Assembly (NCBI GenBank): GCA_964636215.1 | Contig: CAZWRJ010000003.1 | Coordinates: 6,743-70,742, forward strand | Source of the DNA: an uncultured Candidatus Saccharibacteria bacterium | Lineage (GTDB): Bacteria > Patescibacteriota > Saccharimonadia > Saccharimonadales > CAZJQT01 | Direction: 5' to 3' | Length of the DNA stretch: 64,000 nt | Shown here: one piece after another, positions 37,561 to 48,260 of the stretch | Position numbering within the stretch: position 1 is the stretch's first letter | Layout of the letters: the number at the start of each line of letters is the position of its first letter | The notes under the pieces: model-generated | Database searches by the model: none | Told to the model about the DNA's origin: nothing | What the model saw: only the letters and a program-made list of their open reading frames with translations | Position numbers and translations under genes: made by a program

Positions 37561-38850
37561 TTAACTTGACCATAGTGGGTCCAGGATAGCGACTAGTTGT
37601 TCACGAAGTTCCTGGGGGGCACTACCCAAAAAGCCGATGCCATAGTGAGGCTCAACGAAGAAAGCTTTTGCAATATCAACGATTTGTTCTTTGGTTATTG
37701 CTTTGATCCGTGCGGGAATTTGATAATAATCATCGATGTAATCATCAAAGAAATAGCGACCACTGTAACCATTAGCTACCCCACTAACGGTTTGGCCACT
37801 ACGCTGGAAGCGCCCTAACAGATATTGCTGAGCAGCAGCTATATCGGTATGGCTTATATCACCTTGGCATATGGCTGCTAATTCATTAGCCATGACTGTG
37901 AATAAGGCTACGGCATTATCTGCTGTGACTTGACTACCGAACCACCAATTAGCAGCTAGCTTAGTTTGCAGAAAACTAGAGTTCATACCGTACACCAGAC
38001 CGCGTTCCCTAGCCTCGCCCAAAATACGCGAGTGAAGTGTTTCGGTTAGCATGGTATTCAGTAGCCCAAGGGTGTCGGCTTCATCCTCGCTCAAGCGACG
38101 ATCCAGGAAGCTATCAATATAAAAGTGGATATTTTCAACTGTCCGGTTAGGAATATGCAATGGTTTTCTTAGACCTTTTGGTCGTTCATCGGGTAGATCA
38201 ATGCGTCGATCCCCTTTTGATAAATCCATAGTCTCAAGTAGTTCTACTAGCCGCGCTTGTCGGTTAGCTGTTAGTTTACCGGCAATTACAAAACGCATAT
38301 TCTTGGTGAAATGGGTTTTTTCATAATGCTTCTTTATATCCTCTACCCCAACGTTTTTCATACGTTTCAGGCGTTCTTGATCAGTCAAAACTCTATATCC
38401 GTATGCTTGGCGCAAAGCTAAACTGAGGTGCCTAAAATGATTATTAGAACGCCCGGTCATTTCTTCACGTACGTTACCGTATTCGGCTTTGAATTCATCA
38501 TCTAAAAAGAGTGGCTTACTAATGGCCGTTAGTAACAAGTCGCCAATTCGCTCCCATTCAAAATCGGCGCATTCCGCTTCGTAAGTGATGTCATAGCTAC
38601 CGGTGCTGGCGTTGCAATAAGCGCCGTTCTTTTCAAATTCTGCCTGGAACGCCCTAGCCCGTGGAATAAGTTCGTTAGCCCCAAGCAGTAAGTGCTCCAT
38701 TAGATGAGCTACTTCCCATTTAGCTGGTGGTGCTAGAAAATCTCCTGCCCTAAAGTTGACTTCAAGACTCATAACCGTAGCCCCCGGGACGTGGACAAAC
38801 AAGCCCTGTGCCCCATTCTTTAGGCGATGGCTAGTTACAGCGTGTTTCAT
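37561..38850 (-). CDS. M16 family zinc peptidase
   Basis: HLMEH (HxxEH), NAST, RERGLVY. Confidence 0.9.
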   Translation of the reverse strand: MKHAVTSHRLKNGAQGLFVHVPGATVMSLEVNFRAGDFLAPPAKWEVAHLMEHLLLGANELIPRARAFQAEFEKNGAYCNASTGSYDITYEAECADFEWERIGDLLLTAISKPLFLDDEFKAEYGNVREEMTGRSNNHFRHLSLALRQAYGYRVLTDQERLKRMKNVGVEDIKKHYEKTHFTKNMRFVIAGKLTANRQARLVELLETMDLSKGDRRIDLPDERPKGLRKPLHIPNRTVENIHFYIDSFLDRRLSEDEADTLGLLNTMLTETLHSRILGEARERGLVYGMNSSFLQTKLAANWWFGSQVTADNAVALFTVMANELAAICQGDISHTDIAAAQQYLLGRFQRSGQTVSGVANGYSGRYFFDDYIDDYYQIPARIKAITKEQIVDIAKAFFVEPHYGIGFLGSAPQELREQLVAILDPLWSS

Positions 38851-41442
38851 CTATTTACGACGGCCTTTTTTGCGTCGTTGGCGTTCAGCTTTACGCGTTT
38901 TTTTAATCTTGGATTTACTTTTAGTTTTTTCGGCAGCAACTTTTTCTGCTGGCACAAAATCGGTTTCGGTAAACTCATCAGAATCAATAATTTGATCGGC
39001 GTTTTCTACCGAGCGGCGGGCAGCTCTAGTAAGCTCAGTTTCGGCGGGCTCATCAGGGTTGACTGGTTGGGCGTTAAATAGAGCCTTGACCGTATCCTGC
39101 CTAAGAGTTTGTTGCATTTGGTCAAACATAATTTGAGATTGTCGACGGTATTCTACTAGGGGGTCACGTTGACCAATGCTTATCCAATGAATACCTTGGC
39201 GCAGGTGATCCATGCTCTCTAGGTGTTGCATCCAAAGGTTATCTAGAATCTGAAGATAGATATCGCGTTCGATTTTACGCATTACTTCAGATCCAAAGGC
39301 TTTTTCGCGGCTATCGTAAAGTTTGTTGGCTTCCTTATGTAACACCTCTCCGAAGTTCGCAGCCTCACTGTCAAATACCCGGTCAAGTTGTTTATCGTCA
39401 AAAGGAAAGAGTTCGCTAACGGCTGTTTCTAATTGATCTCCAAGTGTGAGAGCGGCAGCAGCTAGGGCTTTGGTTTCATCAGAAATATATAGTTTTATGC
39501 GTTTTTGAATATCAGCTTCATGTAAGATCTCGCGGCGCATAGTATAGATGGCTCGCCTATGACGATTCATAACATCATCGTATTGAACGACGTTTTTACG
39601 AGCGTCAAAGTTGTAGCCTTCAACTTTTTTCTGGGCACCTTCTAGGCTTTTACTAATCACTCTGTTTTCGATTGGTGTCTCATCATCAACACCTAAGCGA
39701 TTCATAATAGCGGCAATTCGTTCACCACCGAAAATGCGCATCAAGTCGTCTTCGGTACTAACGAAAAATTGAGTAACACCAGGGTCGCCCTGTCGTCCAG
39801 AACGGCCTCTTAGCTGGTTATCAATACGTCTTGATTCATGTCTCTCGCTGCCTAAAACAAATAAGCCGCCTAGTTCTTTCACTTCTTCGCTAAGCACGAT
39901 GTCTGTACCTCGTCCGGCGATGTTAGTAGCTAGAGTCACAGCCCCTCGTTGACCAGCCTTGGCAACAACGGCCGCTTCGTGTTCATTATTTTTGGCGTTT
40001 AGGGTTTCATGTTTAACACCGGCTTTAGCCAAAGCCTGACTCAGAGCTTCGTTCTTTTCAACTGATACCGTTCCAATTAAAACCGGTTGACCTTTATGGT
40101 GCAAGGCGTTTACCTCTCGCACAATGGCTTTGAACTTACCCGATTCAGTACGATAGATTCGGTCCGAACGATCAAGTCGAACTATCCGCCGGTTAGATGG
40201 AACTTGGACGACGTCTAGTTTATAAATTTGGTGAAATTCTTCGCTTTCGGTTTCAGCTGTACCTGTCATACCTGATAATTTGGCGTAGAGTCTAAAGTAG
40301 TTCTGAAAGCTAATGGTTGCTAGGGTCATTGATTCCTCTTGAACTTCTACGCCTTCTTTAGCTTCAATAGCCTGGTGTAATCCTTCGTTATAACGCCGCC
40401 CTTTCAACAGACGCCCAGTAAACTCATCAACGATAACTACTTCACCGTCCTTGGTAACTACATAGTCTTTGTCGCGATGAAATAAGGCTTGGGCTTTTAG
40501 GGCTTGTTCGAGGTGATAAATAGTTCGAATATTTTCGGTCCCATACAAACTGTCAATGCCTAGGATTTTTTCAACATGTTCAATTCCAGCATCAGTTAGT
40601 ACGACGGCCTTACGTTTTTCGTCAGTTTCAAAGTCAGCATCTTTTTTTAGCTGGCGAGTTACTTTGGCAAACTGGGAATAGGCTGTACCACTAGTAATTG
40701 ATGGAGCACTAATAATTAACGGCGTCCTGGCTTCGTCGATTAAAATTGAGTCCACTTCGTCGACTATGGCAAAATTTAACTCACGCTGACGCAGTTGGTC
40801 GACTTCCCTAACCATGTTGTCGCGAAGATAGTCGAAACCAAATTCGTTGTTGGTTCCATAGGTAATATCAGCCGCATAAGCTTCCTGTCGGGTGCAAGGC
40901 TCTAGGTGGCGAAAGCGTGGATCACTATGATTTTTATTTTCAAATTTGGCGTTATAGCGGTAGGATTCATCAGCGATGATGACACCTACACTGAGTCCTA
41001 AGAAATCATAAATTTGCCCCATCCAACCAGCATCACGTTGAGCCAGATAATCGTTTACGGTCACGATATGTGCGCCTTTACCGTCAAGAGCATTTAGGAA
41101 GATAGGCAGGGTGGCAACTAGAGTTTTACCTTCACCGGTCTTCATCTCGGCTACCTTTCCTTCATGGAGCACCATGCCACCAACTAGCTGAACATCAAAA
41201 TGTCTTTGATTTAGGGTGCGCGTTGAGGCTTCGCGAACTAGCGCAAAAGCTTCTGGCAAAATTTGATCGAGTGATTTATTTTCTAATTGTTTTTTTAAAA
41301 TGGTAGTTTGATCTTTTAGTTGTTTGTCGGTCATTTTGTGGAACTTGGGTTCAAGAGCATTAATTTCTTTGACACGACGACCTAGACGTTTGAGCGTCTT
41401 TGCCTGGGGGTCACCAAGAATTCTTTTAATTACTCGTTTCAC
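38851..41442 (-). CDS. secA: preprotein translocase SecA
   Basis: MKTGEGKT, DEVDSILIDEARTP, RRIDNQLRGRSGRQGDPG; Lys-rich tail and no SEC-C motif. Confidence 0.98.
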   Translation of the reverse strand: MKRVIKRILGDPQAKTLKRLGRRVKEINALEPKFHKMTDKQLKDQTTILKKQLENKSLDQILPEAFALVREASTRTLNQRHFDVQLVGGMVLHEGKVAEMKTGEGKTLVATLPIFLNALDGKGAHIVTVNDYLAQRDAGWMGQIYDFLGLSVGVIIADESYRYNAKFENKNHSDPRFRHLEPCTRQEAYAADITYGTNNEFGFDYLRDNMVREVDQLRQRELNFAIVDEVDSILIDEARTPLIISAPSITSGTAYSQFAKVTRQLKKDADFETDEKRKAVVLTDAGIEHVEKILGIDSLYGTENIRTIYHLEQALKAQALFHRDKDYVVTKDGEVVIVDEFTGRLLKGRRYNEGLHQAIEAKEGVEVQEESMTLATISFQNYFRLYAKLSGMTGTAETESEEFHQIYKLDVVQVPSNRRIVRLDRSDRIYRTESGKFKAIVREVNALHHKGQPVLIGTVSVEKNEALSQALAKAGVKHETLNAKNNEHEAAVVAKAGQRGAVTLATNIAGRGTDIVLSEEVKELGGLFVLGSERHESRRIDNQLRGRSGRQGDPGVTQFFVSTEDDLMRIFGGERIAAIMNRLGVDDETPIENRVISKSLEGAQKKVEGYNFDARKNVVQYDDVMNRHRRAIYTMRREILHEADIQKRIKLYISDETKALAAAALTLGDQLETAVSELFPFDDKQLDRVFDSEAANFGEVLHKEANKLYDSREKAFGSEVMRKIERDIYLQILDNLWMQHLESMDHLRQGIHWISIGQRDPLVEYRRQSQIMFDQMQQTLRQDTVKALFNAQPVNPDEPAETELTRAARRSVENADQIIDSDEFTETDFVPAEKVAAEKTKSKSKIKKTRKAERQRRKKGRRK

Positions 41443-41537
41443 TAATTCCTCTTAGTCAGTTTGGAGTCGTTTTCTGAAATCCATCCCATTGTACCGCAAG
41501 TTTTACAGAGATGCGAGGCCATTTAGGGCCCGGTTTT

Positions 41538-41897
41538 CTAACTATTTCTTTTTATTCTAGCCAAAAGACGCCTATGGATTCTAAGGCTATTATGGGTATC
41601 TTTGTATTTTTTTAGCTGGTTTTTTAATTTAGCTTCTACGATATCGACGGCCGCATAGATATTTACAGTCGCTTCCTTGGTGGTTAAGGTTTCTTTTGGC
41701 AGGTGTAGGATAACTTCACAGATGCAATTTTTCTTGGCTTTAATCATCTCTTCTTTCAAAAAAACTTCAGCATGTAGGCTTTCCCGGCTATGACGAGATA
41801 CAAAGCGATCTAACCTACCAAGTTTTTTAGTAGTGTAATCAAATAATTTTGGGTCGATATGTAAATGAACACCGTGAATTTCTATTTTTTTGATCAT
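41538..41897 (-). CDS. hpf: ribosome hibernation promoting factor (short HPF/RaiA)
   Basis: YAAVDIVEAKLKNQLKKYK; upstream of secA. Confidence 0.88.
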   Translation of the reverse strand: MIKKIEIHGVHLHIDPKLFDYTTKKLGRLDRFVSRHSRESLHAEVFLKEEMIKAKKNCICEVILHLPKETLTTKEATVNIYAAVDIVEAKLKNQLKKYKDTHNSLRIHRRLLARIKRNS

Positions 41898-43192
41898 AGT
41901 TTTTCGCGGTTCCCTAAATAAGACTTGAGTACCTCGGGCACCCAGATGCTGCCGTCCTTGTCTTGATAATTTTCGACGATTGCAGCAAGCGTTCGCCCCA
42001 AGGCAAAGGCCGTGGCATCGTTAGTGTGGACTAATTCCAGATCGCCACTAGGCCGTCGCAATTTAGTATTTAGGGCTCTGGCTTGGTAGTCGCTCATAAA
42101 GTCAGCAGTATGAGTTTCAATGTAGCGTTTTTGTCCTGGGAACCAACAGTTTAGATCGACGCCGTTGGCATTAGGCATTCCGATATCGGCAGTGCATTTT
42201 TGGATATACTGATAAGGTAATTTAAGCTGATTAATTAAGTACTCCTGAACAACAATCAATAGTTGGTGCTCTCTTAGCCCTGTCTCGGGTGTACTAAAGA
42301 CTTCTAGTTCTAGTTTGTCGAACTGATGCATCCTAATCAATCCTTCGGTATCCTTACCGTAGGTGCCGGCTTCACGACGGAAACTGGTGCTGTATCCTAG
42401 ATAACGAATCGGTAACTCTTCTTCACTTAGGATTTCGTCCATATATAACGTACATAGACTATGTTCGGCGCTGGCATTCAGCCACAAATCATCGCTAGCC
42501 AATTTGTAGGTAACTTCTTCAGCATTTAATCGTCCAGAAGCTAAGTAAGGCCTAGTTTTAATCAGAGCCGGTGGTAAAACAGCCTTAAAAGGCGTTGGTT
42601 TAAGTTCCAGGTTATTATCGCTAATGAGCTTCTCAACGGTCGCTTGATCAGTAAGAGTATTTATAACGAACTGTACCAGAGCAAACTGCAGCGAAACAAC
42701 ATCACCTATAAGATATGCAAAACGACTACCAGCGACTTTAGCTGCTCGTATCTTATCAAGCTGCCCGGTCATTTGCATAAGCTCCCAGTGATTTCTGGGC
42801 TCAAAATCAAAGGGATGTGGTTCGCCGACTGTTCTCACCACTACATTTTCGGTTTCGTTGGCACCAACAGGCACGTTGTCTAATGGCAAATTTGGCACTT
42901 GTCTTAAAAGTGCTTGGTATTCTTGTTCGACTGAACTTAATTGGTGTTCAAGATCAGTGAGTTTGATCTTAAGTTCCCTGCCTTGAACAACTTGTTGTTG
43001 GTTTGGCTTTTGGCCTTTACTGCTGGCAGTTAGTTGGTTACGTTTTTGTCTTAAGTCTTCTACTTGAGCAAGTAATTCGCGGCGCTTGGAGTCAAACCCC
43101 AGTAGCTGTTTTATATCAACGTCGTAACCCTTTTGTTTGGCTTTTTCCTGGACCTGGTCAGGCTTCTCACGGATAAGTTGGATATCAAGCAT
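41894..43192 (-). CDS. serS: serine--tRNA ligase
   Basis: MLDIQLIRE, FRREAG, RMHQFDKLE; ATG 43192 lies 7 nt after TATAAT. Confidence 0.97.
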   Translation of the reverse strand: MLDIQLIREKPDQVQEKAKQKGYDVDIKQLLGFDSKRRELLAQVEDLRQKRNQLTASSKGQKPNQQQVVQGRELKIKLTDLEHQLSSVEQEYQALLRQVPNLPLDNVPVGANETENVVVRTVGEPHPFDFEPRNHWELMQMTGQLDKIRAAKVAGSRFAYLIGDVVSLQFALVQFVINTLTDQATVEKLISDNNLELKPTPFKAVLPPALIKTRPYLASGRLNAEEVTYKLASDDLWLNASAEHSLCTLYMDEILSEEELPIRYLGYSTSFRREAGTYGKDTEGLIRMHQFDKLELEVFSTPETGLREHQLLIVVQEYLINQLKLPYQYIQKCTADIGMPNANGVDLNCWFPGQKRYIETHTADFMSDYQARALNTKLRRPSGDLELVHTNDATAFALGRTLAAIVENYQDKDGSIWVPEVLKSYLGNREKL

Positions 43193-43311
43193 AGTAGCCA
43201 TTATAACTTTAAGCTCCGCTAACTGTAAAAACTAAAGTGGACTTTACTAGATTTTGGTTATACTGGTGATCTATAGTGTTCGCAGGTTAAGTTGTAAGGA
43301 GTAAATCGGTT

Positions 43312-44022
43312 ATGGCTACAGAGGTACGCATCCACCATGCTCAAACCAGTATTCTCAGGGAGTTATTGTTCCATCCAGAGGCCGGTTATGCTGAGCTTCA
43401 AAAACCAACTGGACTAGGTAGTGATCATTTCAATTTTCATATTGCCCGCCTGATTGAGCTTGGATTAGTCGAAAAACTAGCCCGAGGCCGATACCGATTA
43501 ACGCCTCGTGGCAAAGAATATGCCAATCGTCTTGATACCGACAATAACACCGTTGAACGGCAACCAAAATCGGCTGTCATTCTGGCTCTTGAGCGTGAAC
43601 ATAGGGGCAAAAAACAATATTTATTTCAAGAACGACTGAAGAATCCCTATTTCGGTTTTTGGGGGTTGCCTAGTGGTAAGATCCGATGGGGCGAAACTAT
43701 AGTTCAGACTGCTGAACGGGAATCCATGGAAGAAACCGGCCTCAGTGCTGATTTTGAAGTAGCTGGCGTTTATCATGAGCATGTTATCCAGGAAGAAACT
43801 GGCGAATTACTAGAAGATAAAATTTTCTTTGTCACTAGTGGACGTAACCCAACTGGTAAACTTAAAGTTAATTTCGAGGGTGGCCATAATGAATGGATGA
43901 GTTTTGAGGCGGCCGGTAAAAAAGATAAAAAATTTGATAGCTTTAAGACCGAGATTGACATTTTAAGCACCAAGAGTTGGTTGATAGAACGAACTGTTTA
44001 CTACAATAAAAATTCTTTCTAG
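43312..44022 (+). CDS. winged-HTH plus NUDIX hydrolase protein
   Basis: N-terminal wHTH (FNFHIARLIELGLVEK); Nudix box GKIRWGETIVQTAERESMEETGL. Confidence 0.88.
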   Translation: MATEVRIHHAQTSILRELLFHPEAGYAELQKPTGLGSDHFNFHIARLIELGLVEKLARGRYRLTPRGKEYANRLDTDNNTVERQPKSAVILALEREHRGKKQYLFQERLKNPYFGFWGLPSGKIRWGETIVQTAERESMEETGLSADFEVAGVYHEHVIQEETGELLEDKIFFVTSGRNPTGKLKVNFEGGHNEWMSFEAAGKKDKKFDSFKTEIDILSTKSWLIERTVYYNKNSF

Positions 44023-44429
44023 TGATGCGGCCACGAGTAGTTATCTCTGGCACCTACCACCGCGATCCAACTGGTTTAAAACGCCTGTTTAGAGAGCTTG
44101 AGGTCACAGGCTGTCGAGTTCTGTCCCCTATTGCCCTTGATTTTGAAGACATAACCAAACCAGTGGTTAGTACTAAAAACGAGTTTGATCTGGGTATTAG
44201 GGAGTTAGAATTATTTCACCTTAGAGCGATGCGAGAAGCTGACTTTATATGGCTACACGATCCAGCTGGTCATATTGGCCTTAGTACGGCTTACGAGCTA
44301 GGTTTTGCCAGTGCTTTATGTAAACCGGTATATTGCTATCAAAATCCGGTAGATGAAATGTTAAGATCCAGGGTTAAGCTAGCCGGTTCAGTTTTTGAAG
44401 CCCTGGAGAACTTACAGCTACTTACTTAA
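44022..44429 (+). CDS. nucleoside 2-deoxyribosyltransferase-like protein
   Basis: VVISGTY, ADFIWL, GHIGLSTAYELGFA. Confidence 0.65.
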   Translation: MMRPRVVISGTYHRDPTGLKRLFRELEVTGCRVLSPIALDFEDITKPVVSTKNEFDLGIRELELFHLRAMREADFIWLHDPAGHIGLSTAYELGFASALCKPVYCYQNPVDEMLRSRVKLAGSVFEALENLQLLT

Positions 44430-45215
44430 CTTTTTTGTCGGTTTGATTGCCGAGAGTGTTAGTTTGGTGCGAGCTTTGGCATAGGTGCAAAATTCACAAT
44501 CTCCACCCATGGCAGCTTTGCCAACGGCTGGTATCGATCCGTCCATGGTACTTTTCATCTTTTTAAGAGTTGGTTCTATCCAGTTATCGTTAGCTTTATA
44601 AGGGATTACCTTGGTTCGAAATTCGATGCGATCAAAAAAGCCATCGACGTCCAATCGGCCGTTGGTGTAAATAAAATAGGCAGTATCGTTTACTTTGAAA
44701 CCATTTTGTCTCAGTAGCCACTGATAGACTTCCATCTGGCGTTTATAGCTAATCTGCCATTCAGCGTCCAGGGTTACTTCTGAAGCTTTGGCAGTAGCCT
44801 TATAGTCAACTACTATTAACTCACCCTTGTCGTTAATCCAAACGTCGTCTATAGCTCCAAAAATATGCAAGTTGGTTGATTGGTGAAGTGTTGATACACC
44901 CGTGAAGTTAGCCCGCCATTTGGCCAAATCTTGGTGCGCAAATGGCACTGCTTTGATCTGATTATCAACCATTAAAGGGTGTGGTTCGCCCTTAGCCCTG
45001 TAGTTGTCGAATTCTTTTTTTAATAATTCATCGACAGCTTTATTGATCTGGAATGGTGGACCATTCGGTCTTTTGATTTTGAGGCGCACATCTAGCCAAA
45101 AACAACGCGGACACTGCATAAACAATTCGATTTTACTACGACTAAGTTTAAACACTGTCGTCTGGTCCGGTTGATACGGTTTACTGCGCTCTGACCAGTA
45201 ATTATTGCCTGCCAT
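44418..45215 (-). CDS. PD-(D/E)XK nuclease family protein (Cas4/AddB-like)
   Basis: LSRSKIE, CPRCF, GAIDD, VVDYK, QMEVY, CEFC. Confidence 0.85.
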   Translation of the reverse strand: MAGNNYWSERSKPYQPDQTTVFKLSRSKIELFMQCPRCFWLDVRLKIKRPNGPPFQINKAVDELLKKEFDNYRAKGEPHPLMVDNQIKAVPFAHQDLAKWRANFTGVSTLHQSTNLHIFGAIDDVWINDKGELIVVDYKATAKASEVTLDAEWQISYKRQMEVYQWLLRQNGFKVNDTAYFIYTNGRLDVDGFFDRIEFRTKVIPYKANDNWIEPTLKKMKSTMDGSIPAVGKAAMGGDCEFCTYAKARTKLTLSAIKPTKKLSK

Positions 45216-45258
45216 GTCAGACTATTGTAACAGGTCGAGGTGTGTGCAGATGCTTGGT

Positions 45259-46122
45259 TTAGCGCATTAAACCGATAACTAGAACCAGACCAAAACCTAG
45301 TTTGGTAGCCAAACTAATTAGTGTGTAGTTTCGCTCAACAACTATATAATCGCGCCAGTTTTTATAGTCTCTCAGGAAGTTGTATTGGTTGAAGGCGTAA
45401 AGAACTAACGAGGCGACCAAACCGACAAATAAAGCATAGGTATACCAAGGACAACGAACCATACCATAGATTAAGGTAGCTATTAGAGGCATAGCAAGCA
45501 GTACAATCAACACTGCTTTGGTTAGCACTAGCAAAGTAAAAGTAGTCTTACTCCGACCACCATTTAGCTTTTTGTGACGTTCCCCTAACCAGCCAAACAT
45601 AGCCACTAGAACCATAGTTAAACCAATTAACTTTAGACTAACAACATCTTGGATACCTGATAACAGGGCGATAACTTCTACCATGACAGCTCCAGTAACA
45701 GCCAGGTCCAGCCAACGCCAGAAAACTATTTTATTATCAAGGGCTCTTTGATATTTCTTGGGATACTTAAACATATAAAGCAGCGGAACGATGAGTGATA
45801 AGACCATGACTGCGACAACTGCCCAACGTAACTGTAAATCCCATAATCTCCTAGAAGCAGAAACCAAAACTGCCGAAGAGTTACTAGCTAGAGCATCTTG
45901 TGTTACATAAGGCATAGTAATTGGTAGAGTAGCGTGTTTCATAAAGAACACTGCTGCTAGAGCTAAAAGTCCGAAAACCACTGCACTTACAGTGTGTAGG
46001 CGTCGTAGTCCTTTTACTATCGCAAACTTAGACGTTACAGAAGCTGTAGAGTTCTTGGCTGCGACGGTTTTTTTGTTAGTTGTTTTTGATTTTGCCTTCG
46101 TAGTTCTTTTCTTGGTTGCCAT
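45259..46122 (-). CDS. heliorhodopsin-like protein
   Basis: 7 TM segments; WRWLDLAVTGAVM..IALLSGIQD; ERNYTLISLATK (retinal-binding Lys motif SLxxK). Confidence 0.8.
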   Translation of the reverse strand: MATKKRTTKAKSKTTNKKTVAAKNSTASVTSKFAIVKGLRRLHTVSAVVFGLLALAAVFFMKHATLPITMPYVTQDALASNSSAVLVSASRRLWDLQLRWAVVAVMVLSLIVPLLYMFKYPKKYQRALDNKIVFWRWLDLAVTGAVMVEVIALLSGIQDVVSLKLIGLTMVLVAMFGWLGERHKKLNGGRSKTTFTLLVLTKAVLIVLLAMPLIATLIYGMVRCPWYTYALFVGLVASLVLYAFNQYNFLRDYKNWRDYIVVERNYTLISLATKLGFGLVLVIGLMR

Positions 46123-46175
46123 AGAGAGGAGTATATCACTTTATTGAAATTCACAAGTGGCTTAAACTTAGGGTT

Positions 46176-46706
46176 GTGAATGAATTAGCGACATTAGGTG
46201 GAGGTTGTTTCTGGTGCCTGGAGGCTTACTTCTTGCGTGTCAAAGGTATTATATCGGTTGTATCAGGGTACGCTGGAGGCACAGTTAAGAGCCCGACGTA
46301 TGAACAGGTCTGTAATGGTACTACAGGTCACGCTGAGGTCGTGCAGCTAAAGTTTGACCCAAAAATCATTAGTTACCGAGAGATCTTGGAGATCTTTTTT
46401 GTGATGCACGATCCAACAACCTTAAATCGACAAGGTAATGATGTCGGTGATCAATATCGCTCGGTGATTTTCTACCATTCCGAGGATCAAAAAAAGATAG
46501 CCAATGAGATGATTGAAGGTTTTGCAGCAAGAACCTGGAAGGGCCCTATAGTGACTCAGTTATTGCTTTTTAAGGAATTTTACGCCGCTGAGAACTATCA
46601 TCAAGATTTTTATAATCGTAACCCAAATCAAGGCTATTGTATGATGATTATTGATCCGAAGTTCCAGAAACTACGTCAAAAATTCGCCGAAAAACTGAAG
46701 GATTAA
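46176..46706 (+). CDS. msrA: peptide-methionine (S)-S-oxide reductase
   Basis: GGGCFWC, GHAEVV, HDPT, QYRS, AENYHQ. Confidence 0.97.
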   Translation: MNELATLGGGCFWCLEAYFLRVKGIISVVSGYAGGTVKSPTYEQVCNGTTGHAEVVQLKFDPKIISYREILEIFFVMHDPTTLNRQGNDVGDQYRSVIFYHSEDQKKIANEMIEGFAARTWKGPIVTQLLLFKEFYAAENYHQDFYNRNPNQGYCMMIIDPKFQKLRQKFAEKLKD

Positions 46707-46710
46707 ATTA

Positions 46711-48240
46711 CTATTGTTTGGCGGTTTTATCTTTCCAATTTACGTCCGGGTAGATAGTCTTAGTGGTTTCATTTATCTCAGCCCGAAGTTGAGGAAATAT
46801 CACTCCCTCCCTGGCTGAGACGCTTTCCAGAGCCCAAAAGTAGCGCTCGCTATAGCTCCAGCCGGTAGCCGGTGGCATTCCGTATTCCAACATCTCGACA
46901 AAATCAATATCTAGCATTTGAGCTTCGGCATCGCCGGCATCTCGCATGGCTTGCTGCTCTAAAAAGCGTTTTAATTGTTCCTCGGGATCATTGAGCTCTG
47001 AGTAACCATTGCCCATTTCGGTCCCCCCAATAACTGGATGGAAACGTTGAGTCACCCTTGGGTCGTCCGGGTCTTGTTTAGCTAACGGTGAAATTTGCAC
47101 TGGCTCATGGATTAACCAAAATGGTCCGGCGGATTCACGGCGGACAATTTTCCAAACGGCGTCCATGGCGCGGGAAACGTTGACATCCCCGTCTAGTTTA
47201 ACCTTGTGGTCACTAAGAATCGATTTGAGTTGATCAAAATCAGGGTTAAATACGTCGATCTGAAATTTTTCTCGCATAATATCAGCGTACTTAACCACCG
47301 GCCATTTTTGTTCAAGATTGACATCAAATTCGCCAACCTTAAACTGTAATTTGCCCCAGGTAGATTGAGCGACTTCTTTCATCATGCGTTCATAGAGTTC
47401 CATGGCTTGTTCGTAGTCCTGATAGGCGGCGTAGCTTTCAAAAGCAACATGTTCCGGTAAGTGTTCATCAGAGTAATTTTCGTTACGAAAACGCGGGCCT
47501 ATATCAAAAACTCGCTCATATCCACCTCCGAGCAGACGCTTGAGTGGTAATTCATGACTTATTCTAAGATAAAAATCTTCGTCGATGGCATCCATGTGAG
47601 TTACGAATGGGTTGGCATCAGCGCCACCAGTGGTATGTTCTAGAACCGGTATATTAATTTCAATGAAGCCTTCTTTTTCCAAAAACTCCCGGGTAGCCTT
47701 CCAGAACTTGGACCTACGAATAAATCGCTCGAAAACATCCTTATTGACGTTGGTATCCACATAACGGCGACGGAGCCTTTCTTCTTTGTCGGTGAAACCT
47801 TCTTGTTCGGTTGGTAATGGTCTAAGTGATTTGGTGAGAATTCGCAAATTACTGACTTCTACGGAAATCTCATTGGTTTGAGTTTTGATTACTTTTCCAC
47901 TAGCTTCAATGAAATCACCGGGATCAAGCAAGTTGATTTGATCAAAACCTATTTCGCTATTTTTTGGATCGGCTTGGTTAAAGACATCATGTTTTAGAAA
48001 TAACTGTATTTGGCCGCTGGCATCTTTTAGAACAAAGAAAGCAATCTTGCCAAATTTGCGGGTACTGGTAATTCGACCGGTTAAGTGAACCTCTTGTCCC
48101 TGTAGTTGTTCAAAATCATCAGCAACTTGTTTGGTGGTGTGAGTACGAACTGAACGCGCTGGGTAAGGATTTATACCAAGTTTTTTCAGCTCCTCTAGCT
48201 TGCGTAGGCGCTCATCGCGCAACTCTTTTAGTGTGGCCAT
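46711..48240 (-). CDS. lysS: lysine--tRNA ligase, class II
   Basis: GGADANPF, YLRISHEL, FRNE, YSELNDP, YGMPP. Confidence 0.97.
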   Translation of the reverse strand: MATLKELRDERLRKLEELKKLGINPYPARSVRTHTTKQVADDFEQLQGQEVHLTGRITSTRKFGKIAFFVLKDASGQIQLFLKHDVFNQADPKNSEIGFDQINLLDPGDFIEASGKVIKTQTNEISVEVSNLRILTKSLRPLPTEQEGFTDKEERLRRRYVDTNVNKDVFERFIRRSKFWKATREFLEKEGFIEINIPVLEHTTGGADANPFVTHMDAIDEDFYLRISHELPLKRLLGGGYERVFDIGPRFRNENYSDEHLPEHVAFESYAAYQDYEQAMELYERMMKEVAQSTWGKLQFKVGEFDVNLEQKWPVVKYADIMREKFQIDVFNPDFDQLKSILSDHKVKLDGDVNVSRAMDAVWKIVRRESAGPFWLIHEPVQISPLAKQDPDDPRVTQRFHPVIGGTEMGNGYSELNDPEEQLKRFLEQQAMRDAGDAEAQMLDIDFVEMLEYGMPPATGWSYSERYFWALESVSAREGVIFPQLRAEINETTKTIYPDVNWKDKTAKQ

Positions 48241-48260
48241 TTACTATATCTTAGCAAGAG

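Noticed and set aside
39030-39060. CTGATGAG...GAAAC hammerhead-like core on the minus strand in secA
   Set aside because: Stem II cannot form and the sequence is ordinary coding (PDEPAET)
44418-45215. Cas4-like nuclease as a sign of a CRISPR system
   Set aside because: No repeat-spacer array or other cas genes were seen in the window
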